Part shown: piece by piece, positions 36,836 through 45,090 of the stretch
Numbering within the stretch: position 1 is the first letter of the stretch
Layout of the letters: the number at the start of each line of letters is the position of its first letter
Origin: Bacteroidota bacterium
GTDB taxonomy: Bacteria > Bacteroidota > Bacteroidia > Bacteroidales > VadinHA17
Direction of reading: 5' to 3'
Assembly (NCBI GenBank): GCA_022703405.1
Contig: JAKLDT010000002.1
Span: forward strand, 244 to 64,243
Length of the DNA stretch: 64,000 nt
Translations under genes and position numbers: made by a program
The notes under the pieces: generated by a model
Databases searched by the model: none
What the model was told of the DNA's origin: nothing
Seen by the model: only the letters and a program-made list of their open reading frames with translations

Positions 36836-38248
36836 ATGAAGGAACATTCAAATCAGATGATGTATGTCATCTGGCTCTCACTGGTAGCATCATTAGGTGG
36901 TTTTCTTTTCGGATATGATACCGCTGTTATCTCGGGTACTGTTGATCATGTAAAAACCCAGTTCAGACTGGATGATATGATGACAGGCTGGTATGTTGGC
37001 TGTGCATTGGCCGGGTCAATCGGTGGAGTGCTTTTTGCAGGTTCACTGAGTGATAAATACGGCAGAAAACTGGTTCTTTTCCTGTCAGCATTTCTCTTTT
37101 CAATTTCCGGGCTGGGCTGCATGATTGCGGCTGATGAGGTTCAGCTTGTAATAGCAAGGATACTTGGAGGTGTTGGTATTGGCGTTGCCTCTGTAATTTC
37201 GCCACTATATATCGCTGAGATTTCAATACCAAGCTTCAGGGGACGACTTGTCTCAATGTATCAGCTTGCCATTACAGTTGGTTTCCTTGGAGCTTACCTC
37301 GCAAACTTCGGTCTTCTGAACTATTCTGAAACCTTGCTTGCACAGGGAGCCACAGAAGGATTGTACAACAAGATCTTTGCCACTGAGGCCTGGAGAGGTA
37401 TGCTCGGTATGGAAGCTGTTCCAGCAATTCTTTTCCTTGCAGTACTTTTCTTTATTCCTGAAAGCCCCCGTTGGCTTATTGTTAAGGGACAGGAAGTTAA
37501 AGCATCAGTTATACTTGGTAAAATTTACGGAAAGGATCGCGCGGCAACTGAGATATCTAATGTAAAAAACCTTGTTTCTCAGGAAACTGAATCGAACTGG
37601 AAAATGCTTCTGCAACCAGGCTTCAGGCTTGCCCTGTTTATAGGAGTTGCACTGGCTATGCTGGGACAACTTATGGGAGTAAATGCAGTGCTTTATTACG
37701 GACCTACAATATTTAAGGAAAGCGGACTTTCAAGCGGGGATTCTCTTTTCTACCAGGTAATTGTTGGTCTTGTTAATATGTTAACAACAGTTCTGGCTCT
37801 TATTATTATCGACAAGGTCGGGAGAAAGCAGCTCGTTTACTGGGGTGTCTCCGGAATGATTGTGGCTCTGATACTTATTGGCTTTTATTTTTTAATGGGT
37901 GCTTCAATGAACATCTCCCAGACCTGGCTCCTTATCTTCTTCCTGTTTTACATTTTTGCCTGCGCGATTTCAATATGTGCTGTCATTTTCGTGCTTCTGT
38001 CAGAAATGTACCCTGTGAAAGTCAGGGGAGCTGCTATGTCAATAGCTGGTCTCTCACTCTGGATTGGAACATACCTTATCGGGCAGCTTACACCTGTTAT
38101 GCTCACAACCCTGACACCGGCAGGTACCTTTTTCTTCTTTGCAGTGATGTGTGTTCCTTATATCCTTATAGTATGGAAGCTTCTGCCTGAAACAACAGGA
38201 AAATCACTTGAGGAAATAGAGGAGATGTGGATGAAAAAGAAGGCGTAG
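36836..38248 (+). CDS. Sugar-porter-family MFS transporter
   Basis: Signatures GFLFGYDTAVISG, DKYGRK, PESPRWL and PETTGKSLEEIE. 12 TM segments. Confidence 0.88.
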   Translation: MKEHSNQMMYVIWLSLVASLGGFLFGYDTAVISGTVDHVKTQFRLDDMMTGWYVGCALAGSIGGVLFAGSLSDKYGRKLVLFLSAFLFSISGLGCMIAADEVQLVIARILGGVGIGVASVISPLYIAEISIPSFRGRLVSMYQLAITVGFLGAYLANFGLLNYSETLLAQGATEGLYNKIFATEAWRGMLGMEAVPAILFLAVLFFIPESPRWLIVKGQEVKASVILGKIYGKDRAATEISNVKNLVSQETESNWKMLLQPGFRLALFIGVALAMLGQLMGVNAVLYYGPTIFKESGLSSGDSLFYQVIVGLVNMLTTVLALIIIDKVGRKQLVYWGVSGMIVALILIGFYFLMGASMNISQTWLLIFFLFYIFACAISICAVIFVLLSEMYPVKVRGAAMSIAGLSLWIGTYLIGQLTPVMLTTLTPAGTFFFFAVMCVPYILIVWKLLPETTGKSLEEIEEMWMKKKA

Positions 38249-38295
38249 GGCGAAGGGCGCAGGGCGGAGGGCAGAAGGCGCAGGGCGGAGGGAAA
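38240..38295 (+). repeat. Heptamer tandem array (AGGGCGN-type, 8 in-phase units) spanning the sugar-porter stop codon. It contains a canonical G-quadruplex motif.
   Basis: The units are aaggcgt, agggcga, agggcgc, agggcgg, agggcag, aaggcgc, agggcgg and agggaaa. GGG tracts start at 38248, 38255, 38262, 38269, 38283 and 38290. Confidence 0.9.
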
Positions 38296-38332
38296 AACAG
38301 TAATAAACTGAATATTTATAAAAAAATATAAA

Positions 38333-39493
38333 ATGGATCACAAAGCATTAGCTAAATTATACAGGGATGAACTCCTTGAAAATGTACTGCCTTTCTGGCT
38401 TGAGAAATCACAGGACAAAGAGTACGGGGGATATTTCACCTGCCTCGACAGAAAGGGGAACGTATTTGATACAGATAAATTCATCTGGCTCCAGGGAAGG
38501 GAAGTATGGATGTTCTCCATGCTTTACAACAATCTTGAAAAGAATCCCGAATGGCTGAAATGTGCACAACAGGGCGGTGAGTTTCTCAAGCGTTACGGAC
38601 ACGACGGAAACCTCAACTGGTACTTTTCCCTTACAAAAGAGGGAAAACCTCTTATTGAACCTTATAATATCTTCTCATACACATTTGCCACCATGGCCTT
38701 CGGACAGCTGAGCAAAGCAACCGGAAGCCAGGAATATGCAGAAATAGCAAGAAAGACCTTTGATATTATCCTCTCAAAGGTTAGTAATCCGAAAGGCAAG
38801 TGGAGCAAGGTCCATCCGGGTACAAGGAATCTCAAGAATTTTGCCCTTCCGATGATACTCTGCAATCTTTCACTTGAAATTGAACACCTGCTTGAACCTG
38901 ATTTCCTGAGAAAGACAATTGACACCTGCATACATGAGGTGATGGACAATTTCTACAGACCGGAATTGGGACTTGTAATAGAGAATATAACAGAAGACAA
39001 TAAGCTTTCAGATACTTTTGAAGGACGCCTGCTCAATCCTGGTCATGCAATTGAGGCAATGTGGTTTATAATGGATCTGGGAGTAAGGCTTAATAATAAG
39101 GAGCTGATAGAAAAGGCAGCAAAGATTGCAGTTCAGATGACTGAATACGGCTGGGATGAAAAATACGGCGGTATATTATACTTCAAAGATCTTAAAGGTC
39201 ATCCTCCACAGCAGCTTGAATGGGACCAGAAACTATGGTGGGTACACAATGAGACACTTATATCGATGATTAAAGGGTATCAGCTTACAGGTTCAAAGGA
39301 TTGTCTTAAGTGGTTTGAAATAATTCACGACTACACCTGGGAACATTTCAAGGACAAGGAATACCCTGAATGGTGGGGTTACCTTAACAGGCAGGGTGAA
39401 GTGCTTCTCGACCTGAAGGGCGGCAAATGGAAAGGATGCTTCCATGTGCCACGGGGACTTTATCAGGTTTGGAAGACTCTTGAAAAACTCTGA
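38333..39493 (+). CDS. N-acylglucosamine 2-epimerase (AGE) superfamily protein
   Basis: 386 aa, (alpha/alpha)6-barrel type. N-terminal LYRDELLENVLPFWLEKSQDKEYGGYFTCLDRKG and C-terminal KGCFHVPRGL. Confidence 0.8.
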   Translation: MDHKALAKLYRDELLENVLPFWLEKSQDKEYGGYFTCLDRKGNVFDTDKFIWLQGREVWMFSMLYNNLEKNPEWLKCAQQGGEFLKRYGHDGNLNWYFSLTKEGKPLIEPYNIFSYTFATMAFGQLSKATGSQEYAEIARKTFDIILSKVSNPKGKWSKVHPGTRNLKNFALPMILCNLSLEIEHLLEPDFLRKTIDTCIHEVMDNFYRPELGLVIENITEDNKLSDTFEGRLLNPGHAIEAMWFIMDLGVRLNNKELIEKAAKIAVQMTEYGWDEKYGGILYFKDLKGHPPQQLEWDQKLWWVHNETLISMIKGYQLTGSKDCLKWFEIIHDYTWEHFKDKEYPEWWGYLNRQGEVLLDLKGGKWKGCFHVPRGLYQVWKTLEKL

Positions 39494-39496
39494 TAA

Positions 39497-40906
39497 TCAG
39501 GAGCAGACAGTTTCTATTTCCCTGACTGTTTTTGGTATTGCTTTGCCGAGAACCTTATGGCCTTTGTCGGTAATGAGGACATTGTCTTCTATTCTCACCC
39601 CTCCTACCGGCATGAATTTCAGGACTTTGTCATAACTGATGAAATCCCTGAATTTTCCTTCCATACTCCATTTGGCAACAAGTTCGGGAATAAAATAACA
39701 TCCGGGCTCTATTGTAAATACATGTCCCGGCTTGTACTGAAGCGCAAACCTCAGAAAGGCTGTGCCAAACTGTTTGCTTCTTTTTATTTCGTCACTGTAA
39801 CCCACATTATTTTCTCCAAGGCCTTCCATGTCATGTACATCAAGTCCCATCATGTGACCAATACCGTGAGGCATGAAAAGGGCATGTGCTCCAGCTTCCA
39901 CTGCATCTTCAATACTTCCCTTCATCAGCCCCAGACCCTTCATGCCCTCAGCTATTATCCTGCAGGCTATGAAATGAATATCTCTGTTTGAAATACCCGG
40001 TTTTGTGGCTTTAATAGCTTCGGTATTTGCCTTAAGAACAACCTCATACACATCTTTTTGCATTGAACTGAATTTACCGCCAACAGGAGTTGTACGTGTA
40101 ATGTCAGAGGAATAATGCAGGTTTGTTTCTGCACCAGCGTCGGTAACCATCATCTTATCCTTCTTGAGAATATTACCATGTGAATGATTATGGAGCGTCT
40201 GTCCGTTAATACTGAGAATAACAGGGAATGAGGTTCCGGCACCTTTGGCAAGAGCTATACCCTCTATTGCACCGAAAATCTCCTGCTCCCCGATGCCCAG
40301 CTTGCACATTTTCATTGCAGTTACATGCATATCATAGGCTATCTCCACTGCTTTTTCAATCTCATCAATTTCAATCTTCTCCTTTACCGACCTCATTGAG
40401 ACAACCGCTTTTATAAGCTCTCCGGAAGCCAGTGTTTTCATTTGACAGGGATTCTCTTTCAGGATTGAGCCCAGTAACATTTTCGATTCACCACGATAGG
40501 GAGGGAGAAAATGCACCCTCCTCTTTTTTAAAAGGGCTGCCTGTACCATCTCCTCAAGCTTAGCCATCGGGAATGTTGTTTTAATTCCGGATTTCGCGGC
40601 AAGTTCCTTTACTGTCGGTTGCGGCCCCATCCAGATTATGTCATCCATATCGAAATCGTTACCGAAGATAATATCGGTTCCGGAATCAAAATCTATAAGT
40701 GCTGCAAATCCCGGGAGATCAATCCCGAAGAAGTACAGAAAATCACTATCCTGCCTGAAATGATAGGTATTTGCAGGATAATTGAATGGTGATTCATTAT
40801 TGCCAATAAAAAGAGCAACCCCGCTTTTCATAAGCTTATGGAGTTGCTCTCTTCTTTTAATATATACCTCGCTCTTAAACATCGTCTTCAATATTTGTTG
40901 AAGCAT
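39497..40906 (-). CDS. Xaa-Pro aminopeptidase (M24B)
   Basis: 469 aa with an AMP_N-like N-terminal domain. Metal ligands are in DAGAE...HGIGHMMGLDVHD...TIEPG...RIEDNV. Confidence 0.85.
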   Translation of the reverse strand: MLQQILKTMFKSEVYIKRREQLHKLMKSGVALFIGNNESPFNYPANTYHFRQDSDFLYFFGIDLPGFAALIDFDSGTDIIFGNDFDMDDIIWMGPQPTVKELAAKSGIKTTFPMAKLEEMVQAALLKKRRVHFLPPYRGESKMLLGSILKENPCQMKTLASGELIKAVVSMRSVKEKIEIDEIEKAVEIAYDMHVTAMKMCKLGIGEQEIFGAIEGIALAKGAGTSFPVILSINGQTLHNHSHGNILKKDKMMVTDAGAETNLHYSSDITRTTPVGGKFSSMQKDVYEVVLKANTEAIKATKPGISNRDIHFIACRIIAEGMKGLGLMKGSIEDAVEAGAHALFMPHGIGHMMGLDVHDMEGLGENNVGYSDEIKRSKQFGTAFLRFALQYKPGHVFTIEPGCYFIPELVAKWSMEGKFRDFISYDKVLKFMPVGGVRIEDNVLITDKGHKVLGKAIPKTVREIETVCS

Positions 40907-40927
40907 CTAAGATAGCAAGGATTTTTG

Positions 40928-41019
40928 AGAGTGCCTAGAGTGCCTAAAGTGCCTAGAGTACTTAGAGTTATTATTACAATTCTGGTTCACTCCAAACTCT
41001 AGTTCACTCTAGGCACTCT
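40928..41019. repeat. Inverted pair of 9-nt-period arrays (unit AGTGCCTAG) forming a long hairpin that begins in the qNOR stop codon
   Basis: The left arm has units at 40930, 40939, 40948, 40957 and 40966 (agtgcctag, agtgcctaa, agtgcctag, agtacttag, agttattat). The right arm (40985-41019) carries the reverse-complement units. A perfect 13-bp outer stem joins agagtgcctagag (40928-40940) and ctctaggcactct (41007-41019). Confidence 0.88.
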
Positions 41020-43252
41020 TCTTCAAGCTCCAACCTCCCTTCAGTCCGAAGATAAACCAGGCCAGGGCAACAGTTCCGAGTGCAAAAATTGTATCACCTA
41101 TAACCCTTAACCATTTAAGAGTTGTGATAGACGGTTGCTGCATGAATTCTGCCGATCGGGCATACCATAAACCTTCCCTGACACTGGCGACTGTCTGTGC
41201 AAGACCAATTGGCAGAACACTTATCAGAACCATGGCAGCAAGACCGATATTTATGCTCCAGAATGCAAATTTTATCCATTTCTCGTTCCATACAGCTTCT
41301 TTGTCCATATCCCTGAGCACAAACAGCATAAGCCCAATGCCCAGCATTCCGTAAACTCCGAATAAAGCAGTATGTCCGTGTACCGGTGTTGTATTAAGTC
41401 CCTGCATGTAATAAAGTGCAATTGGCGGGTTAATAAGGAAGCCGAAGATTCCAGCTCCCACAAGGTTCCAGAAGGCCACTGCTATGAAACTGTATACCGG
41501 CCATTTATATGCTTTTATCCATGTTGTGCTTCTGCTCAGCTTCACATTGTCCCATGCTTCAAATCCCATCAGCACAAGCGGCACCACCTCAAGCGCGCTG
41601 AATGTAGCTCCAAGGGCCATAACCGCCGTAGGTGTTCCCGTGAAATACAGATGATGAAAAGTTCCCAGGATTCCGCCGGCAAGAAATACTATTGTTGAGA
41701 ACAGAACAGCAGTTGTTGCTGTTGCTGCCCTGAGCAACTGAAGCCTTACGAAGAGGAATGCCACCACAACAGCTGCAAATACTTCAAAAAATCCTTCGAC
41801 CCAGAGATGAACCACCCACCAGCGCCAGTATTCAGCAACAGCAAGGTTGGTCTGCCTGCCCCACATGAGTCCGGCGCCATAGAAAGCGGCTATTGCAATA
41901 GTTGAAATAAGGAACAGAATAAGCAGATTCCTGTTTTCTGATTTCTGCTTAAGCGCCGGCCAGATAGCCCTTCCCATAAGAAGAAGCCAGATTACAAGTC
42001 CCACAAAAAGGAACAACTGCCAGAACCTTCCCAGATCGACATATTCATAGCCCTGATGTCCGAACCAGAAGTTTGTTACATAACCCATTTTCTGCATCAC
42101 CCCCATCCACTGACCGAACAATGATCCAAGTACGATCACAAGCAGTGCGCTGAAAAGAAAATTCACTCCAAGTTTCTGAAATTTTGGTTCGACGCCTGAT
42201 ATAGCCGGTGCATAGTATAAACCTGTTGCCAGCCACGAGGTTGCAATCCAGAATATTGCTATCTGTATATGCCATGTTCTTGAAACAGAGTAAGGCAGAA
42301 ACTTGGAAAGCGGTATCCCGTACAAAGACTGGCCTTCAACACCATAGTGAGCAGTGATGACACCCATGCCAACCTGAACCAGCAATAAAGCAGAAACAAT
42401 CCAGAAGTATTTTACTGTTGCTTTCTGTGATGGAGTCTGCTTTTCGTTTTTTAAAGGCATTATACTGGGAAAACTACCAGCCTCCTCATTTTTCCTTGTT
42501 GCATAATACCAGGCCATTAATCCAATACCGGCCAGAAGGATTATTACACTGAAACCTGTCCATAATACAAGCGAACCTGTTGGCTTGTTACCCACGAGTT
42601 CATCAGCCGGCCAGTTGTTTGTATACGTTATATCCTGACCGGGACGTTCAGTAACACAGGCCCAGGATATCCAGAAGAAAAAGGAATTAAGATCCGAAAC
42701 CCGTTCAGGATCTCTCAGTGAATTCTCAGGAATACTGTAAGCATCACGCAGTTCTGACTGAGCCGGATCGTTTGTAAAAAGACCAGCATAAAACCTGCTG
42801 TTCGATTCAATAGCCTCTGCTCTCAGACCTGATACCGTAAGCGTTTTGGAATCAGGATTATATGTGTTTTTTCGGAGCTCCTTCTGCAGAAGCACTTTAT
42901 AGTAGGCTTTTCTTTCATCGCTCAAATCATTATATCCTTTACCTTCCTGCTGAACAGCCATTTTGTCAAGCATGTAAACAGCTTCCCTGTGAAGCCAGTC
43001 GGCACTCCAGTCAGGTGCCTGATAGGCTCCATGTCCCCAGACAGTGCCAATTTCCTGGCCACCCATCGACTGCCAGGCATTCTGACCATCCTTTATATCC
43101 TGACCGGAGAAAAGAACAGTTCCGTCACTTTTAAGTACCTTTTCGGGTACAGGTGGTGCCTGCTTATAAATCTCCCTTCCGAAGTACAGAAGGACTGCAA
43201 AAGAAATTGCCATTACGAGAATGAATCCCAGCCATAGTTTTTGTACTTTCAT
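41009..43252 (-). CDS. norB: Quinol-dependent nitric-oxide reductase, single large subunit (qNOR, heme-copper oxidase superfamily)
   Basis: 747 aa. N-terminal TM anchor plus a periplasmic extension, then 12+ TM segments with conserved His ligands (HLWVEGFFE, HHLYF, HGHTALFG). Confidence 0.88.
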   Translation of the reverse strand: MKVQKLWLGFILVMAISFAVLLYFGREIYKQAPPVPEKVLKSDGTVLFSGQDIKDGQNAWQSMGGQEIGTVWGHGAYQAPDWSADWLHREAVYMLDKMAVQQEGKGYNDLSDERKAYYKVLLQKELRKNTYNPDSKTLTVSGLRAEAIESNSRFYAGLFTNDPAQSELRDAYSIPENSLRDPERVSDLNSFFFWISWACVTERPGQDITYTNNWPADELVGNKPTGSLVLWTGFSVIILLAGIGLMAWYYATRKNEEAGSFPSIMPLKNEKQTPSQKATVKYFWIVSALLLVQVGMGVITAHYGVEGQSLYGIPLSKFLPYSVSRTWHIQIAIFWIATSWLATGLYYAPAISGVEPKFQKLGVNFLFSALLVIVLGSLFGQWMGVMQKMGYVTNFWFGHQGYEYVDLGRFWQLFLFVGLVIWLLLMGRAIWPALKQKSENRNLLILFLISTIAIAAFYGAGLMWGRQTNLAVAEYWRWWVVHLWVEGFFEVFAAVVVAFLFVRLQLLRAATATTAVLFSTIVFLAGGILGTFHHLYFTGTPTAVMALGATFSALEVVPLVLMGFEAWDNVKLSRSTTWIKAYKWPVYSFIAVAFWNLVGAGIFGFLINPPIALYYMQGLNTTPVHGHTALFGVYGMLGIGLMLFVLRDMDKEAVWNEKWIKFAFWSINIGLAAMVLISVLPIGLAQTVASVREGLWYARSAEFMQQPSITTLKWLRVIGDTIFALGTVALAWFIFGLKGGWSLKKSA

Positions 43253-43276
43253 AGTATATCGGTTTTAGTTTTTTTT

Positions 43277-43822
43277 TCAGATTCCGTAATAATCAGCAAG
43301 TTCCTTAATCTCAGAGATGTAATTTCTGTTTCCCTTACTTGTGTAATGCAACTTCTCTGCCTCTGAAAAGTTTCCCAGAAGAACCTGGTTATCAGAATCG
43401 GACAAAACATTATCTGCCATCCTGAACAGTATATTATTCTCTTTTGAAATATGGTTCCTGAGCAGTTGGGCATATCCATTCATATTTTCATACACTGCAC
43501 TAATTGCCTCCTCATTACCCTGGCTGAACAAGGCAAGGTTCTCAGCAATTCCCCTTACAAATTCCCTTCCCTGAACATGCTCATGAAGCATTACCGCAAC
43601 TGGTCCCTGCTCCTGTGAGAAACCCCTGTTCGACAGGTATGGAAAATAAAGGTTCTCCTCCTTGGAATGATGGAGGCCATCGGCAAATTCACGGATAAGG
43701 TTTACAATTTTCTCTGCATGACTAACGTTCCTTATATTGTTATTGACCATGTGTAACATTACATCTGTCAGTTTGATGATGTGAACATGATCATCCTCCA
43801 GGTTTTTAGCTGCTGTATTCAT
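43277..43822 (-). CDS. Hemerythrin-like (HHE cation-binding) domain protein
   Basis: 181 aa with H...HHSKEE...MLHEH...H..KEN spacing typical of di-iron hemerythrin folds. Confidence 0.7.
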   Translation of the reverse strand: MNTAAKNLEDDHVHIIKLTDVMLHMVNNNIRNVSHAEKIVNLIREFADGLHHSKEENLYFPYLSNRGFSQEQGPVAVMLHEHVQGREFVRGIAENLALFSQGNEEAISAVYENMNGYAQLLRNHISKENNILFRMADNVLSDSDNQVLLGNFSEAEKLHYTSKGNRNYISEIKELADYYGI

Positions 43823-43824
43823 AT

Positions 43825-44526
43825 TTAATTAATTGATTTAAGAAGTTTCGGGAAAAGGACATTATTTTCAAGGTGGACATGTATATGAAGGTCATCCTCA
43901 AACTGCTGAAGCAACCTGAATGTAACATGATAGGTGTTGCATCCGTCAGCAGGAACTGAGTAAGCTTTCGTGATTATATTGATTTTATCCATTGCTCCAC
44001 CGGCAAATTCGTGTTCAGAGGAAAGGCGCTTAATCTCTGATATAATTGTTTCCCTTGACGATTCTGAAGCTGTTTTTTCAAATTCCTTCACCGCCGGGAA
44101 AAATACTTTTTCTTCATTATCAAGGTGCTGAAGCAACTCCTTGTTTATCTGTGCAAATAGGCTTGCTACTTCCTTAAGTTCACTGTGATTTGCACCATGA
44201 ACATCAGAAATTTTACCTGTGTAAAAGACAAGTTCCGGCAATGTTCTTAAAACATACTTATGATGAGTATTTACGATATAATCGCATAAAAATCCCGGAT
44301 TCCAGTCAATGAAATTATGTGTTGTATTAAGCGGCAGATTACTTAATTCGTCAATCTTTTTACGAAGATCCGCCTCATTAATTCCCTTTTCTGAACAGGT
44401 TTCAGATAGTCCCTTTTTGCCTCCGCAGCAGAAATCAATTCCTGCCTCTTTGAATATTTCAGCAGCCCTGAAGTCAAGCGCTACTATATCTCCGACTGTT
44501 TTATTATCTGATAATTTGTCTTTCAT
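43825..44526 (-). CDS. ric: Iron-sulfur cluster repair di-iron protein (RIC / ScdA / YtfE family)
   Basis: The in-frame ATG at 44526 gives MKDKLSDNKTVGDIVALDFRAAEIFKEAGIDFCCGGKK (DUF542/ScdA N-terminal motif), followed by hemerythrin-like repeats. The track's 5' extension to 44766 overlaps the divergent Rrf2 gene. Confidence 0.8.
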   Translation of the reverse strand: MKDKLSDNKTVGDIVALDFRAAEIFKEAGIDFCCGGKKGLSETCSEKGINEADLRKKIDELSNLPLNTTHNFIDWNPGFLCDYIVNTHHKYVLRTLPELVFYTGKISDVHGANHSELKEVASLFAQINKELLQHLDNEEKVFFPAVKEFEKTASESSRETIISEIKRLSSEHEFAGGAMDKINIITKAYSVPADGCNTYHVTFRLLQQFEDDLHIHVHLENNVLFPKLLKSIN

Positions 44527-44550
44527 GACTATATGTTTTAGTTCATGATG

Positions 44551-44558
44551 CAAAGTTA
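44551..44558 (-). promoter_or_regulatory. -7 promoter box for the ric-hemerythrin-norB operon
   Basis: caaagtta on the + strand is taactttg on the minus strand. It ends 24 nt upstream of the ATG at 44526. Confidence 0.45.
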
Positions 44559-44572
44559 TAAAATTATTTATT

Positions 44573-44592
44573 AAAAGACCAAATGGTCTTTT
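44573..44592. promoter_or_regulatory. Candidate Rrf2 operator: 9-2-9 perfect inverted repeat in the divergent promoter region
   Basis: aaaagacca-aa-tggtctttt. It is centred between the two -7 boxes and overlaps both expected -33 regions. Confidence 0.55.
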
Positions 44593-44613
44593 TGTATTTT
44601 TATAATATTTTTT

Positions 44614-44621
44614 TATTTTTG
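44614..44621 (+). promoter_or_regulatory. -7 promoter box for the Rrf2 / 4Fe-4S gene pair
   Basis: tatttttg, ending 28 nt upstream of the ATG at 44650. Confidence 0.45.
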
Positions 44622-44649
44622 TACCGGTTATTCCAAAAACAAGTGGAAA

Positions 44650-45090
44650 ATGTTCAACAAAGAGACTGAATATGCACTGAGAGGACTGGTCTACATCAGC
44701 CTGCAGAACATACAGGATAAAAGACCTGGCACTGCCGAAGTGGCAAAAGAGATTGATGCACCACATTTTTACACTGCCAAGATCCTGCAGAGGCTTGTCA
44801 GGGCGGGCTTCCTTGAATCAATTAAAGGAAAAGGAGGCGGCTTTTATTTTGACCCCGACAAACCAGAAATTCCTTTAGTTCGCCTGATATCATCAATTGA
44901 AGGAGACAGGTCCTTTTCAGGATGCGGTTTCGGGCTTAAGCATTGTTCTGAATCGAATCCCTGTCCGGTACATGAAAAATATGCTCCGATTAGGGAAGCC
45001 ATTAATAAGATGGTATCTGAGGAAACCGTTCAGAGTCTGGCTCTGAAAGTATATAATAAAAAACACACACCAGAAAAAATCAAAAAATGA
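44650..45090 (+). CDS. Rrf2-family transcriptional regulator with a three-Cys cluster (NsrR/IscR-like)
   Basis: Winged-helix N-terminus TEYALRGLVYISL...AEVAKEIDAPHFYTAKILQRLVRAGFLESIKGKGGG. Cys residues lie in SGCGFGLKHCSESNPCPVH. Confidence 0.85.
   Translation: MFNKETEYALRGLVYISLQNIQDKRPGTAEVAKEIDAPHFYTAKILQRLVRAGFLESIKGKGGGFYFDPDKPEIPLVRLISSIEGDRSFSGCGFGLKHCSESNPCPVHEKYAPIREAINKMVSEETVQSLALKVYNKKHTPEKIKK

Noticed and set aside
44527-44766. The 5' extension of the RIC ORF to 44766. Similar track extensions occur at 15179-15226, 21704-21727, 22465-22584, 28057-28092, 56090-56161, 57225-57293, 58841-58879 and 61011-61037.
   Set aside because: The extensions overlap neighbouring genes or promoter regions and often use TTG or GTG starts. 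They also precede in-frame ATGs that give canonical signal peptides or family N-termini.
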